Origin: Arenicellales bacterium | Lineage (GTDB): Bacteria > Pseudomonadota > Gammaproteobacteria > Arenicellales > JAJDZL01 | DNA: 64,000 bases | Reading direction: 5' to 3' | Assembly: GCA_951813075.1 (NCBI GenBank) | Contig: OX638343.1 | Location: forward strand, 2,743,999-2,807,998 | Part shown: one piece after another, positions 18,878 to 30,535 of the stretch | Numbering within the stretch: the first letter of the stretch is position 1 | Layout of the letters: each line of letters opens with the position of its first letter | Position numbers and translations under genes: made by a program | The notes under the pieces: model-generated | What the model was told of the DNA's origin: nothing | Seen by the model: only the letters and a program-made list of their open reading frames with translations | Database searches by the model: none

Positions 18878-19330
18878 CAGCTCCCGAACATCAACTTGGA
18901 TTGCATTTAGTGGATTCTAAAATGTCATAAACATAATTTCAAAGTTACTATCCTAGTTGGGAGGAATTTTCGTCGGAGCGATATGTTAGACTTTGACGCT
19001 TCCACGACCGGGCCGTGAGGAACCTTACTGCGGTATGATTACGCTACGTCACATGGTGCGAAAATTCCAATACCCACCCGATCATCCACGCCAGACTTTC
19101 ATCGTCATGAGCGAAACGAGAACTGTCGGACTATGAATGAACATGAATTGTTGCACATTTGTTTTGAGTATTGTCTCAGATGGTTAGTTCGAATCAATAA
19201 CTTTGGAATGGGATTCTACTGTGAAACAGCAAATACGTGATTTGACTTGTATATAATACGCCGTCTAACTCGGACGTCATCGTCCATCAATTCTTATTGT
19301 CAATAAAATTTCCGGAGGTGTATTTGATCG

Positions 19331-19546
19331 ATGCCTAGTGTTCGTGTCAAGAATGAAGAACCATTTGACATAATTGTTCGAAGGTTTCGCCGTTCATGTG
19401 AAAAGGCAGGGGTATTCAGCGAAGTCAGAAAGCGCGAGTATTATGAAAAACCAACGACTGCGAGAAAAAGAAAGGCTGCTGCCGCTGTAAAACGCGAGGA
19501 AAAACGTATCAATAGAGAACGCGGATATAGAACTCGCTCCTATTAG
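19331..19546 (+). CDS. rpsU: 30S ribosomal protein S21
   Basis: 71 aa, [28 protein letters not shown]...[10 protein letters not shown]: a textbook S21 sequence. Confidence 0.95.
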   Translation: MPSVRVKNEEPFDIIVRRFRRSCEKAGVFSEVRKREYYEKPTTARKRKAAAAVKREEKRINRERGYRTRSY

Positions 19547-19679
19547 GATTATCCCAGATTGCGACGTTAGTCCGAGTTCGCAATGTCAGGTTCTGACCGC
19601 GAATTGATTGACCCTTGTTAAAATTTATAGTCAGAAAGAATCTATTTGCGAAAAAGACACACAAAATTTACCGAATTTG

Positions 19680-19708
19680 TTGACGAAACTTAGCTGTGCA
19701 GGTATATT
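19680..19708 (+). promoter_or_regulatory. Candidate sigma70 promoter for rplU-rpmA-obg-proB
   Basis: ttgacg (-35), a 17-nt spacer, then tatatt (-10), about 135 nt upstream of the rplU start. Confidence 0.4.
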
Positions 19709-19845
19709 TGGCCTTTCTGTTTCTGATTCAAATTCCGATCGTTGTGGCAATAAAGTTGAACGTATTGTCATTTCAAATCGGTAATCTACAAACGCAATAA
19801 AAAAGTAACACAATTGTTCCCGGAACGCATACACAATTAGATTTT

Positions 19846-20253
19846 ATGTACGCAATTATTCAAACTGGTGGAAAACAACTTCGGGTGGAACCCGGAGAGA
19901 AAATTCGAGTCGAACAACTCGACGCTAATATTGGCGAAGATATCGAGTTCGAAGACGTGTTGCTCGTCGTAAAAGACAATGAAACCCTGATCGGTACACC
20001 CCATGTCGAGAACTCTCCGGTATTTGCCAAGGTTCTGGACCACGGACGAGGTAAAAAGATCAAGGTCGTCAAGATGAAGCGTCGAAAGAACTACCGGCGC
20101 ACTCAAGGCCACCGACAGAACTACACAGAACTTGAAATTCTAAGCATCGGCAAAATGCCGAAGGCAAAAAAACAAAAGGCAACGAAGCCAAAAGCAGCAA
20201 AACCGAAGGAAAAACAGACCGAATTCGAAGAGATTGAATCGGAATCCAGTTAA
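19846..20253 (+). CDS. rplU: 50S ribosomal protein L21 with a Lys/Ala/Pro-rich C-terminal extension
   Basis: 135 aa. MYAIIQTGGKQLRVEPGE... is the L21 core. About 30 extra C-terminal residues follow (KMPKAKKQKATKPKAAKPKEKQTEFEEIESESS). Confidence 0.95.
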   Translation: MYAIIQTGGKQLRVEPGEKIRVEQLDANIGEDIEFEDVLLVVKDNETLIGTPHVENSPVFAKVLDHGRGKKIKVVKMKRRKNYRRTQGHRQNYTELEILSIGKMPKAKKQKATKPKAAKPKEKQTEFEEIESESS

Positions 20254-20299
20254 ATGGATTTTTACAGGCATTGATTTTTGGATATGAGGTAATCAACTC

Positions 20300-20557
20300 A
20301 TGGCACACAAGAAAGCGGGCGGCAGTTCACGAAACGGACGCGATTCAAATTCAAAGCGCTTGGGCGTGAAATGCTTTGGTGGTGAACAGGTTCGAGCCGG
20401 GAATATCATTGTACGCCAGCGCGGCAGCCACTTTCATCCTGGAAAGAATGTTGGGATGGGTAAGGATTACACGTTGTTTGCAATCGCTGACGGTCACGTC
20501 AAGTTTGAAACCAAGGGCCCGATGCGCAAAAAGACGATAACTGTCCTGACAGCCTGA
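20300..20557 (+). CDS. rpmA: 50S ribosomal protein L27
   Basis: 85 aa, [46 protein letters not shown]. Confidence 0.95.
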   Translation: MAHKKAGGSSRNGRDSNSKRLGVKCFGGEQVRAGNIIVRQRGSHFHPGKNVGMGKDYTLFAIADGHVKFETKGPMRKKTITVLTA

Positions 20558-20566
20558 TGACTTCCT

Positions 20567-20591
20567 GAACGACCGTCTGGATTGGTCGTTC
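20567..20591 (+). other. Stem-loop between rpmA and obg (8-bp stem)
   Basis: gaacgacc / gtctggatt / ggtcgttc, 10 nt after the rpmA stop. No clear U-tract follows, so it is a possible attenuator or processing site rather than a terminator. Confidence 0.3.
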
Positions 20592-20594
20592 TAA

Positions 20595-22804
<2,210 letters not shown>

Positions 22805-22822
<18 letters not shown>

Positions 22823-22854
22823 AATCCAAATGGTAGTAATGGTATAAAATCCAA
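22805..22854 (+). repeat. 25-bp tandem duplication spanning the proB stop codon
   Basis: atggtaataatggtataaaatccaa is followed directly by atggtagtaatggtataaaatccaa, with one mismatch. The first copy holds the last five proB codons and the TAA stop. Confidence 0.85.
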
Positions 22855-22925
22855 ATCTAGTTTTATTATTTCGTGTATATTCTGCACATCATTACTAATA
22901 ATTACATAGGAGTAGAGTATTTGTT

Positions 22926-24023
22926 ATGACTAAAACAAAAAAGGTAATCGGACTTGTTGCGGCACTTGCCGTTCTGATGCTGCCCGGCTTGTCAAGTGCG
23001 AAAACTACAATTCGTATCCAGTCAGTTATTCCAGTATCGGCGGATGAAACTGTCATGTTGAAACGATTCGGTGACAATGTATCCGCATTGACCAACGGCG
23101 AGGTAGTAATTGAAGTTCTACCAGCGGGTGCTGTCGTCGGTGTTGGAGAAACACTTGAGGCTGTTCATAATGGTCTAATCGAAGGCGGATTTGCTTGGAC
23201 ACACTATTGGTCTGGCTATCATCCAGCGGCAATGCTGTTCGGTTCGCCGACTGCGGGTGCTGGACTAGGTATCGACAATATTGCTTTCATCTCATGGTAC
23301 CTGGAAGGCGGCGGTAAGGAGCTTTACAACCGGCTTTGGGGTGAAATGGGTATGAATGTCAAGGGATTGATGTTGCAACCGGTTGGTCCAGAAGCATTGG
23401 GTTGGTTCAAGGAGCCGATCAACAGCATGGACGATTTCCGTGAACTTCGATTCAGAACACCTCCTGGTATTCCAGGTCAGACTTATACTGACATCGGAAT
23501 CGCAGCTGTTTCCATGGGTGGTGGAGACATTCTGCCAGCGTTGGAGAAAGGTGTAATTGACGCTGCCGAGTGGTGTTGTCCCAAGCCGGACTCCGTATTC
23601 GGTTTCCAGAAAGTCTTGAAACACTATTATCTGCAGGGTCTGCACCAGGTTGTCGTGAACGCTGATGTCTACATCAATGGCGACGTCTGGAACAGTCTGA
23701 CTCCGCATCAGCAAAAGGCAATGGAAGTTTCAGCCGATGCATCCCTGATGCAATCACTGGCCTATCGCATTTACGAAAATGGCAAGGCACTGAAAGATCT
23801 GACGGAAAATCATGGGGTCGTTTTACACGATACTCCGGCAGATTACTTTACAGAGTATATGGGTGCCGTCTTGAACAGCATGGACAAGCTCAAAGCCGAA
23901 AATGAGTTTTTCAATGAGGTTTGGCAGTCAATGAAGGAATTTGCGGATATCGCAGTTCCGTTCTGGGCAGGTGCACAGACAACCAACGCCAATCTCGGTC
24001 AAGCTTACGCGAAGCAGAAATAG
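22926..24023 (+). CDS. TRAP transporter substrate-binding protein (DctP superfamily; mannitol/chloroaromatic-type group)
   Basis: 365 aa with a signal peptide (..LAVLMLPGLSSA). It is an SBP-like sequence and the first gene of an SBP / small-permease / large-permease operon. Confidence 0.85.
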   Translation: MTKTKKVIGLVAALAVLMLPGLSSAKTTIRIQSVIPVSADETVMLKRFGDNVSALTNGEVVIEVLPAGAVVGVGETLEAVHNGLIEGGFAWTHYWSGYHPAAMLFGSPTAGAGLGIDNIAFISWYLEGGGKELYNRLWGEMGMNVKGLMLQPVGPEALGWFKEPINSMDDFRELRFRTPPGIPGQTYTDIGIAAVSMGGGDILPALEKGVIDAAEWCCPKPDSVFGFQKVLKHYYLQGLHQVVVNADVYINGDVWNSLTPHQQKAMEVSADASLMQSLAYRIYENGKALKDLTENHGVVLHDTPADYFTEYMGAVLNSMDKLKAENEFFNEVWQSMKEFADIAVPFWAGAQTTNANLGQAYAKQK

Positions 24024-24061
24024 CGGATTGATCCGTCATTTTGATGTTTTAAGTATTGAAG

Positions 24062-24094
24062 AATGTGCAGACAGTGTAATGCTGTCTGCACATT
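24062..24094 (+). promoter_or_regulatory. Intercistronic stem-loop after the SBP gene (13-bp perfect stem)
   Basis: aatgtgcagacag / tgtaatg / ctgtctgcacatt, 39 nt after the SBP stop and 70 nt before the small-permease start. Confidence 0.5.
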
Positions 24095-24163
24095 TCTTAC
24101 TTGACTGAAAAACCGATGTGTTCAGTCGAATGATTCCATCAAATCCGCAGACGAGTTAGGCCC

Positions 24164-24778
24164 ATGCCCGAAGACGCACCGGAAATCACAGATGTGACTG
24201 ATGAGATGATCGCCGAAAGGCGTACGTCAGGCAGTCTGTCCAATATGCCGGACGATATGCCTGGCTGGATGGCGTTCCTAATTTACTGGATCGATATATT
24301 CAGTCTGTGGGTTGGGCGGATTGTCTGCTTTCTGACACTTCCGCTATTCTTGATTGTAGTGTACGAAGTTTTCATGCGCTATGTCTTCGTGGCTCCGACG
24401 GTTTGGGTATACGACATCAGCAGAATGTTGTATGGCTCCTTGTTTATGCTGGGTGCCGGATATGCGCTTTCCAAAGGTATTCACATCAGAGCGGATTTTA
24501 TCTACAGAAATTTTCCAGTTCGGATGCAAGGGTTGGTCGATGCCGCCTTGTATCTATTTTTCTATTTCCCCGGCATGTTGGTGTTTCTATGGACTTCAAT
24601 GGATTTCGCCGGTGCTTCCTGGGTGAGAATGGAAAGAGGCATGGATACTGCATGGATGCCTTACGTCGCACCAATCAAGACTGTACTTCCAATCGGTGTG
24701 TTCTTTCTTCTGGTTCAGGGTGTATCGGAATTCCTAAAGAGCATTTATGCCGCAACTCGCGGTAAGTGGCCGGTCTGA
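24164..24778 (+). CDS. TRAP transporter small permease
   Basis: 204 aa with about 4 hydrophobic segments. Its stop overlaps the next start (ATGA). Confidence 0.8.
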   Translation: MPEDAPEITDVTDEMIAERRTSGSLSNMPDDMPGWMAFLIYWIDIFSLWVGRIVCFLTLPLFLIVVYEVFMRYVFVAPTVWVYDISRMLYGSLFMLGAGYALSKGIHIRADFIYRNFPVRMQGLVDAALYLFFYFPGMLVFLWTSMDFAGASWVRMERGMDTAWMPYVAPIKTVLPIGVFFLLVQGVSEFLKSIYAATRGKWPV

Positions 24779-26100
24779 TGGCTCCTGAAATTCTCGGCCT
24801 GATTCTGATCGCGGTGATGCTGATCGCGATATTTGTGGGATTTCCGATTTCGTTCACGCTGATTTTTCTTGGGTTTGTATTCGGCTACCTCGGATTTGGA
24901 CAAGTCGTCTTTTATCTGATGACTTTTCAATTCCACCAAGTCATCATGGAGCAGACGCTTGCGGCTGTCCCGCTCTTTGTATTTATGGGAATCATGATGG
25001 AGCAGGCGGGCCTGATGGAACGCCTGTTCAATGCTGTACAGCTCATGCTGTCTCGTGTGCGAGGGGCTTTGTTTGTTGCAGTGCTTTTTGTCTCTACGAT
25101 TTTTGCCGCAGCAACAGGAATAGTAGGAGCGTCCGTTACCATACTGGGCATCATGGCCGCCAAGACCATGAACCGCTCGAACTATGACGTGCGTCTGGCA
25201 GCGGGTACGATCACTGCGGGTGGTACACTCGGTATCCTCATTCCACCGAGCATCATGCTGGTTGTTATGGGACCGGTCATGGAAATTCCGGTCACTGATC
25301 TTTTCTCGGCAGCGATCATCCCAGGATTTATGCTCGCGTTCATCTACACCGCTTATTCACTGATTCGATGCTGGCTGAATCCGTCATTGGGTCCGATTCT
25401 ACCTGAAGAAGAGCAACCCGAAAGTATGGCCCATGTCTGGAAAGAATTCCTGCTTGGGCTAGTCCCGCCAGCTGCGCTGGTGTTCGCCGCATTGGGAAGC
25501 ATTATGTTTGGTCTGGCGACGCCAACCGAAGGTGCGGCCTGTGGTGCATTCGGTGCACTGGTACTCACCCTTGCATATCGAAAATTAACCGCAAGAAAAT
25601 TGTTCAACGCATTGATCAAGACACTTGAGATTACTGCGTTGATCATGTTGCTTGTCGCCGCATCAAATTTCTTTGGCGCCGTGTTTTCAAGACTCGGTAC
25701 TCCGACGATGCTGACGGAATTTCTACTTGACCTTGAGGTCAATCGCTATGTGATCCTGATCATCATCATGGCGCTGATCTTTCTGCTGGGCTGGCCGCTT
25801 GAGTGGGTACCGATTGTTTTAATCATCGTACCGATACTGATTCCGTTAGTCAATCAGTTGGAGTTCAACCTGACGTGGTTTGCAATTCTGGTCGCAGTCA
25901 ATCTCCAGACCGCGTGGCTATCGCCACCTGTAGCGCTATCGGCTTACTTCCTCAAGGGTGTTGTACCCGAATGGGATCTGAAGGATATCTATTTGGGAAT
26001 GATTCAGTTTATGGGTCTACAACTGATCGGACTCACCCTGATTATCATATTCCCGCAACTTGTGCTCTGGTTGCCAGAGTACATCTATGGAGCCAACTAA
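24778..26100 (+). CDS. TRAP transporter large permease
   Basis: About 440 aa of polytopic membrane protein. The start is placed at the ATG overlapping the upstream stop; the ORF track opens 12 nt earlier at a GTG. Confidence 0.9.
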   Translation: MAPEILGLILIAVMLIAIFVGFPISFTLIFLGFVFGYLGFGQVVFYLMTFQFHQVIMEQTLAAVPLFVFMGIMMEQAGLMERLFNAVQLMLSRVRGALFVAVLFVSTIFAAATGIVGASVTILGIMAAKTMNRSNYDVRLAAGTITAGGTLGILIPPSIMLVVMGPVMEIPVTDLFSAAIIPGFMLAFIYTAYSLIRCWLNPSLGPILPEEEQPESMAHVWKEFLLGLVPPAALVFAALGSIMFGLATPTEGAACGAFGALVLTLAYRKLTARKLFNALIKTLEITALIMLLVAASNFFGAVFSRLGTPTMLTEFLLDLEVNRYVILIIIMALIFLLGWPLEWVPIVLIIVPILIPLVNQLEFNLTWFAILVAVNLQTAWLSPPVALSAYFLKGVVPEWDLKDIYLGMIQFMGLQLIGLTLIIIFPQLVLWLPEYIYGAN

Positions 26101-26143
26101 CGCCGCCAAGGCGCCGCAAATTCGGTGGTTTCTGCGATTGTGA

Positions 26144-26419
26144 TCAGTCGTCAGTCGTTGCCAGTTCTTTTAGATGTGCATTCATTCGGCTTTTCAGCCG
26201 AGCGGCTTTGTTCTTATGCTGAAGTCCCTTTTGGGCGCTTCGATCGATTTTAGAGCAGGCTGCCTCAAAAGCTATCCTTGCCGCTTCGGTATCTTGCGAT
26301 TCAAGTACCTTGTAGAATTTCTTGATGTATGTGCGAACTGCCGCTCTCTCACTCATATTACGGGAGCGTTGTTTCACGTTTTGTCTCGCCCGTTTGCGAG
26401 CTTGGGGAGAATTTGCCAA
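26144..26419 (-). CDS. rpsT: 30S ribosomal protein S20
   Basis: The ORF reads (L)ANSPQARKRARQNVKQRSRN..., the S20 N-terminus. The likely start is TTG at 26419, preceded by aagga. E. coli rpsT also uses UUG. Confidence 0.9.
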   Translation of the reverse strand: MANSPQARKRARQNVKQRSRNMSERAAVRTYIKKFYKVLESQDTEAARIAFEAACSKIDRSAQKGLQHKNKAARLKSRMNAHLKELATTDD

Positions 26420-26639
26420 AGTATTCCGTTCCTTTTTCTGTGTCGAATTGGTAAAGCGCAAAATATGCTATTTTTTCCGTCAATTGTCAATAGCCGTGAG
26501 CGAATTGTTTGCAATTGAACCGACATTGCACGATTTATTGCCAATTGAACGTGTTTGAATTGCTTGATTGACGAGTTTGCATTTTGGTTATGCTATTGCA
26601 TGAATTAATCTAAGACATGTACAGGCGAGATAGAACGGG

Positions 26640-27275
26640 ATGAATACAGCTAGATTCATAAGTGATCTTGGGTGTCTGAAATTTGACAACGTGTTTAATC
26701 CCTATCGAGATCGTTGTGAGCTTAGTGACAGACCCAACGCACCTGCAATGAGGAGACATACGCTATGCCTCATGCTTGATGCCGCAGTGCAATTGGAAAT
26801 CGATTCGATCTGGATTGGACGAGATCTGGGTTATCGCGGTGGGCGCCGCACTGGACTGGCATTTACAGATGATCGGTTTTTTGCCGCACACTGCGAGCGC
26901 TGGAAAATTACAGCACTGTTGCCAACGGTTGGAAGTGAGGTTCGCGAGCGGACTGCCGCAGCAGTTTGGAAGATTCTCAACCGGATAGAATCCACAATTT
27001 TTCTCTGGAACGTTTTTCCGCTTCATCCACATCTGGCAGATTATCCTTTTTCCAATCGTGCGCACAATGCGTCAGAGCGAACGGCCGGAATCAAGGTATT
27101 ATCGGAACTGGTAACGATATTGCGGCCAAAACGCCTTGTCTGTGTCGGAGCTGATGCAAAACAGGCACTTGCAGCATTTGACTGCAATATACCAGTCCAT
27201 CAAGTCAGGCATCCCAGTTTCGGCGGGGACAAAGAATTCATCAACCGAATGACTTGCCTGTATGATTTGGCCTAG
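26640..27275 (+). CDS. Putative uracil-DNA glycosylase-superfamily protein
   Basis: 211 aa. GRDLGYRGGRRTGLAFTDD parallels UDG motif A (G..PG......G.PF.). VRHPSFGG parallels motif B (HPS). This is a by-eye assignment only. Confidence 0.45.
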   Translation: MNTARFISDLGCLKFDNVFNPYRDRCELSDRPNAPAMRRHTLCLMLDAAVQLEIDSIWIGRDLGYRGGRRTGLAFTDDRFFAAHCERWKITALLPTVGSEVRERTAAAVWKILNRIESTIFLWNVFPLHPHLADYPFSNRAHNASERTAGIKVLSELVTILRPKRLVCVGADAKQALAAFDCNIPVHQVRHPSFGGDKEFINRMTCLYDLA

Positions 27276-27361
27276 CGATTTCAATTGTTGCGAACTGCAA
27301 AATTGTAACCTGAGCAATAATTTTTCCTTGCTGTCCACCTCGTATCCATCGGATTGTCTGA

Positions 27362-28954
27362 ATGAGCGTTGACCAATTCCAAAAGCCCGCTTCGCAACCG
27401 AAAGGAACGGGTAAACTCCTGAAGTCGACCGCGGCATTCGGTTCAATGACAGTAATTTCGCGAATCACCGGTCTCGCTCGCGATATTGTTTTCGCGCAAT
27501 TGGTGGGCAGTACTTTTGTTGCGGATGCTTTCTTCGTGGCATTCAGAATTCCAAATTTCTTCCGAAGAATATTTGGTGAAGGCGCGTTTTCGGCGGCATT
27601 TGTTCCCGTCTATACCCAGCAGCAGGCGAATTCGAGCCAATCGGAAATTCAGGGGTTTCTCGATTTGGTTACAGGTAGACTGGCGACGGTGCTGATCATA
27701 CTGTCCACTGTCGGTGTCATATGCTCACCGATTGTCATTTCGATTCTCGCACCAGGCTTCCGCGCTGACATCGATAAATTTCAACTGACCGTCGAGAGTC
27801 TGAGAATTACATTTCCGTACGTGCTATTTGTCTGTCTGGTTGCGCTTAGTGCCGGGATTCTGAACACACATGGTCGATTCGCCGCGCCTGCCGCCACTCC
27901 GATCTTACTCAATATTTCGCTGATTGCGTCTGCGCTATGGCTGACCGGTGTGACGCAGAATGCTGCAATTGCGCTATCAATTGGTGTGCTGGGCGCTGGG
28001 GTATTCCAGCTTCTGTTTCAGTTGCCTTTCTTGATTGGAATCGGAAAGATACCCAGGCCTAGATTGCGCAGGAAAGTCAAGGGTGACGCCGAAAAAGGCG
28101 CGAAAGAAGTTTATCGACTGATGCTTCCCGCGGTATTCGGTGCATCCGTCGCACAGGTTAATCTGATTGTGAACACCTTCATCGCATCTTTCCTGGTAAC
28201 CGGAAGCGTATCTTGGCTTTACTATTCGGATCGGTTGATGGAGTTCCCACTTGGTGTTTTTGGAGTTGCACTTGGTTCGGTCATATTGCCACGACTGTCG
28301 AAAGAACACGTTGACTCCGCACATCAGGAGTTCTCGCGGGTGTTGGACTGGGGAATGCGTTGGTGTTTGCTGATAGGGATTCCGTCGACTGTCGCATTGA
28401 GTGTGCTCGCCGAAGAGATCGTTGCATCACTTTTCTATCACGGCGCTTTTACCGAGACCGATGTCGTCATGTCAGCCCGAGCATTGGTCGCATTCAGTAT
28501 TGGCCTGAGCGCACTGATCGCAGTTCGCGTACTTTCGCCTGGTTTTTTTGCTCGCAATGATACGAAAACACCGGTACGCGCTGGTGCAATCGCGATGGTT
28601 GTGAATGCTGTTCTGGCCGTGGTGCTGGCGATTTCGTTTCAACATGTAGGGCTGGCAGCAGCGATTTCGGTCGCAGCATTTGTTAACGCGGGACTCCTCT
28701 ACTACTGGCTTCGGCGTGATAGGGCATACAATCCTCAGAGTGGATGGCCGATGTTTATCTTCCGCGTAGCAACCGCCTCATTTATAATGGGAATCGCCTT
28801 GTGGTGGCATTCTCCGAGTCATGTCGTTTGGCTGGATTACGGAATTGTCGAAAGAGTTTTTCGTTTGCTCGGTTATGTGATCGCCGGTGTCGCGATATAC
28901 GTTGCTTCGCTTCTTGCTCTTGGAATCAGGATCCACCAGTTGATGAGAAAATGA
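27362..28954 (+). CDS. murJ: Lipid II flippase MurJ (MviN)
   Basis: 530 aa of polytopic protein. The N-terminus LLKSTAAFGSMTVISRITGLARDIVFAQLVGSTFVADAFFVAFRIPNFFRRIFGEGAFSAAFVP is characteristic of MurJ. Confidence 0.9.
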   Translation: MSVDQFQKPASQPKGTGKLLKSTAAFGSMTVISRITGLARDIVFAQLVGSTFVADAFFVAFRIPNFFRRIFGEGAFSAAFVPVYTQQQANSSQSEIQGFLDLVTGRLATVLIILSTVGVICSPIVISILAPGFRADIDKFQLTVESLRITFPYVLFVCLVALSAGILNTHGRFAAPAATPILLNISLIASALWLTGVTQNAAIALSIGVLGAGVFQLLFQLPFLIGIGKIPRPRLRRKVKGDAEKGAKEVYRLMLPAVFGASVAQVNLIVNTFIASFLVTGSVSWLYYSDRLMEFPLGVFGVALGSVILPRLSKEHVDSAHQEFSRVLDWGMRWCLLIGIPSTVALSVLAEEIVASLFYHGAFTETDVVMSARALVAFSIGLSALIAVRVLSPGFFARNDTKTPVRAGAIAMVVNAVLAVVLAISFQHVGLAAAISVAAFVNAGLLYYWLRRDRAYNPQSGWPMFIFRVATASFIMGIALWWHSPSHVVWLDYGIVERVFRLLGYVIAGVAIYVASLLALGIRIHQLMRK

Positions 28955-29394
28955 AAACCGCAAAATCAACAGTTGGACAGATTGATTCTTCGCAACCTTC
29001 AGTTGTGCAGATTGGGTCGCCGGAATCCCCCAGATACTTCACACTGGCGGAAGCCAATCAGACACTGCCTCTCGTCAAGCAGATTACCCGCGATTCGTAT
29101 GAAGAACTTGAGATCATCAAGAAAAAGCTTCGCAACTTCGTACCAAGTGACCCAAGAGTGGTATTCGTTGAGCGGCAATACGAGGAGATCGTAAAAAAAT
29201 GGATTTCCAAACTTGAGCGACTCGGCTTGATTGTAAAAGGGCTCTGGCTTGTCGATTTTGATACAGGTGATGGCTATCTTTGTTGGAAGTATCCAGAACT
29301 AGAGGTTTCACACTTCCACAGTTATACTGGCGGATTTGCAGCTCGCAGGCCGGTTTCCGAAATCATCGAGGAAAGTCACCCGAACTGGGCATGA
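28951..29394 (+). CDS. DUF2203-family protein
   Basis: ORF 28744..29394 trimmed to the ATG overlapping the murJ stop (ATGA). 147 aa with the DUF2203-like pattern YFTLAEANQTLPLV...LGLIVKGLWLVDFDTGDGYLCWKYPELEVSHFH...GFAARRP. Confidence 0.6.
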   Translation: MKTAKSTVGQIDSSQPSVVQIGSPESPRYFTLAEANQTLPLVKQITRDSYEELEIIKKKLRNFVPSDPRVVFVERQYEEIVKKWISKLERLGLIVKGLWLVDFDTGDGYLCWKYPELEVSHFHSYTGGFAARRPVSEIIEESHPNWA

Positions 29395-29441
29395 CGGTAT
29401 CCGTTTCAAAGATTCGGCTGCCCGAGATGAGGTCTGATTGA

Positions 29442-30389
29442 ATGGAATTTATTCGCGGCGCCCACAACATTACTTCCCGCCACCATGGATGTGTTGCTTC
29501 TGTCGGTAATTACGACGGTCTGCATCCAGGACACCGACAGGTGATCCAGTCGTTGGCACGAAAAGGACGGGAACTCGACTTGCCGGTGACGATAGTCAGT
29601 TTTGAACCCCATCCGCTGGAATTTTTTGTACCACATGCAGCGCCGCCTCGATTGATGACCGTACGCGAAAAACTTGAGGGTTTAAGCAAACTCGATGTGG
29701 ACCGCTTTTTGTGTCTGACTTTCGACCATCGACTCGCAAACACCGAGCCGGAGGCATTTGTTGAGGAATTGCTGATTGAAAAACTCGGTGTTCGTCATAT
29801 TTTCGTTGGTGATGATTTCAGATTCGGTAGAAACCGTCGAGGCGACTTCGAAATGCTCAGAAAGCTCGGTCGGGTGTTCAATATGGAAGTTGTAAGAACA
29901 GATTCATTCATGGTAGGCGATGAGCGCGTCAGTTCTACTCGGATCCGGGAGTGCCTGGCGACGGGCAATCTGATTCACGCCAAGCGGTTATTGGGCGAGC
30001 ATTATTCTCTTTCGGGCAGAATAGTACGTGGCGACGGAAACGGTAAAAAATGGGGTTTCGCAACCGCCAATGTTCAATTCAAGATTCAGAAGCCGGCGCT
30101 ACAGGGAATTTTCGTCGTTGAAGCCGATGTCAATGGCGGGATGTGGTTACCCGGAGTCGCAAGTCTCGGCACCCGACCGACGGTCGATGGATCAATGTAT
30201 GTCTTGGAGGTGCATCTGTTGGATTTTGATGATGATATCTACGGTCGACGGATGCGGGTTCGATTCCTGCAAAAACTCCGCGACGAGGTCAGATTCAATT
30301 CTGTCGAAACAATGTGTGAGCAGATTCAGCAAGATATCCTCAGAACCCGGGAGTACTTCAGAAACGAGCAGTCACAACGTGTTTCGTGA
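29442..30389 (+). CDS. ribF: Bifunctional riboflavin kinase / FMN adenylyltransferase
   Basis: 315 aa with GNYDGLHPGHRQVI (FAD synthetase motif) and a C-terminal riboflavin kinase domain (ANV....PALQGIFVV...RPT). Confidence 0.9.
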   Translation: MEFIRGAHNITSRHHGCVASVGNYDGLHPGHRQVIQSLARKGRELDLPVTIVSFEPHPLEFFVPHAAPPRLMTVREKLEGLSKLDVDRFLCLTFDHRLANTEPEAFVEELLIEKLGVRHIFVGDDFRFGRNRRGDFEMLRKLGRVFNMEVVRTDSFMVGDERVSSTRIRECLATGNLIHAKRLLGEHYSLSGRIVRGDGNGKKWGFATANVQFKIQKPALQGIFVVEADVNGGMWLPGVASLGTRPTVDGSMYVLEVHLLDFDDDIYGRRMRVRFLQKLRDEVRFNSVETMCEQIQQDILRTREYFRNEQSQRVS

Positions 30390-30535
30390 AAGCTCTGTGA
30401 GAAATACCGCACTCAATTTAATACAATTTAATCACAAGTTCCGACGGTTCCGATATTTGAACTTGTGAAGCCGGGAAACATAAGATCGCCTTCCGTTATG
30501 CCGGCATATTTCCATAATCTGACTGACAATTCGTG

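Noticed and set aside
19182-19195. tRNA-like T-arm string ggttagttcgaatc
   Set aside because: The flanking bases do not form a T-stem, acceptor stem or anticodon arm. No tRNA cloverleaf can be drawn.
19242-19257. ttgact ... tataat upstream of rpsU read as a promoter
   Set aside because: The two hexamers are only 4 nt apart. No alternative -35 at proper spacing is convincing, so I make no promoter call.
24307-24765. 152-codon ORF in an alternative frame inside the TRAP small-permease gene. Similar long shadow ORFs occur at 12302..12817, 48281..48754, 57654..58355, 61874..62533 and 62680..63144.
   Set aside because: All lie fully inside, or antisense to, genes with clear family signatures. 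They have no motifs of their own.
28744-28950. Long N-terminal extension of the DUF2203 ORF (216 codons in the ORF track)
   Set aside because: The extension overlaps the 3' end of murJ in another frame. The DUF2203-like sequence starts at the ATG at 28951, which overlaps the murJ stop.
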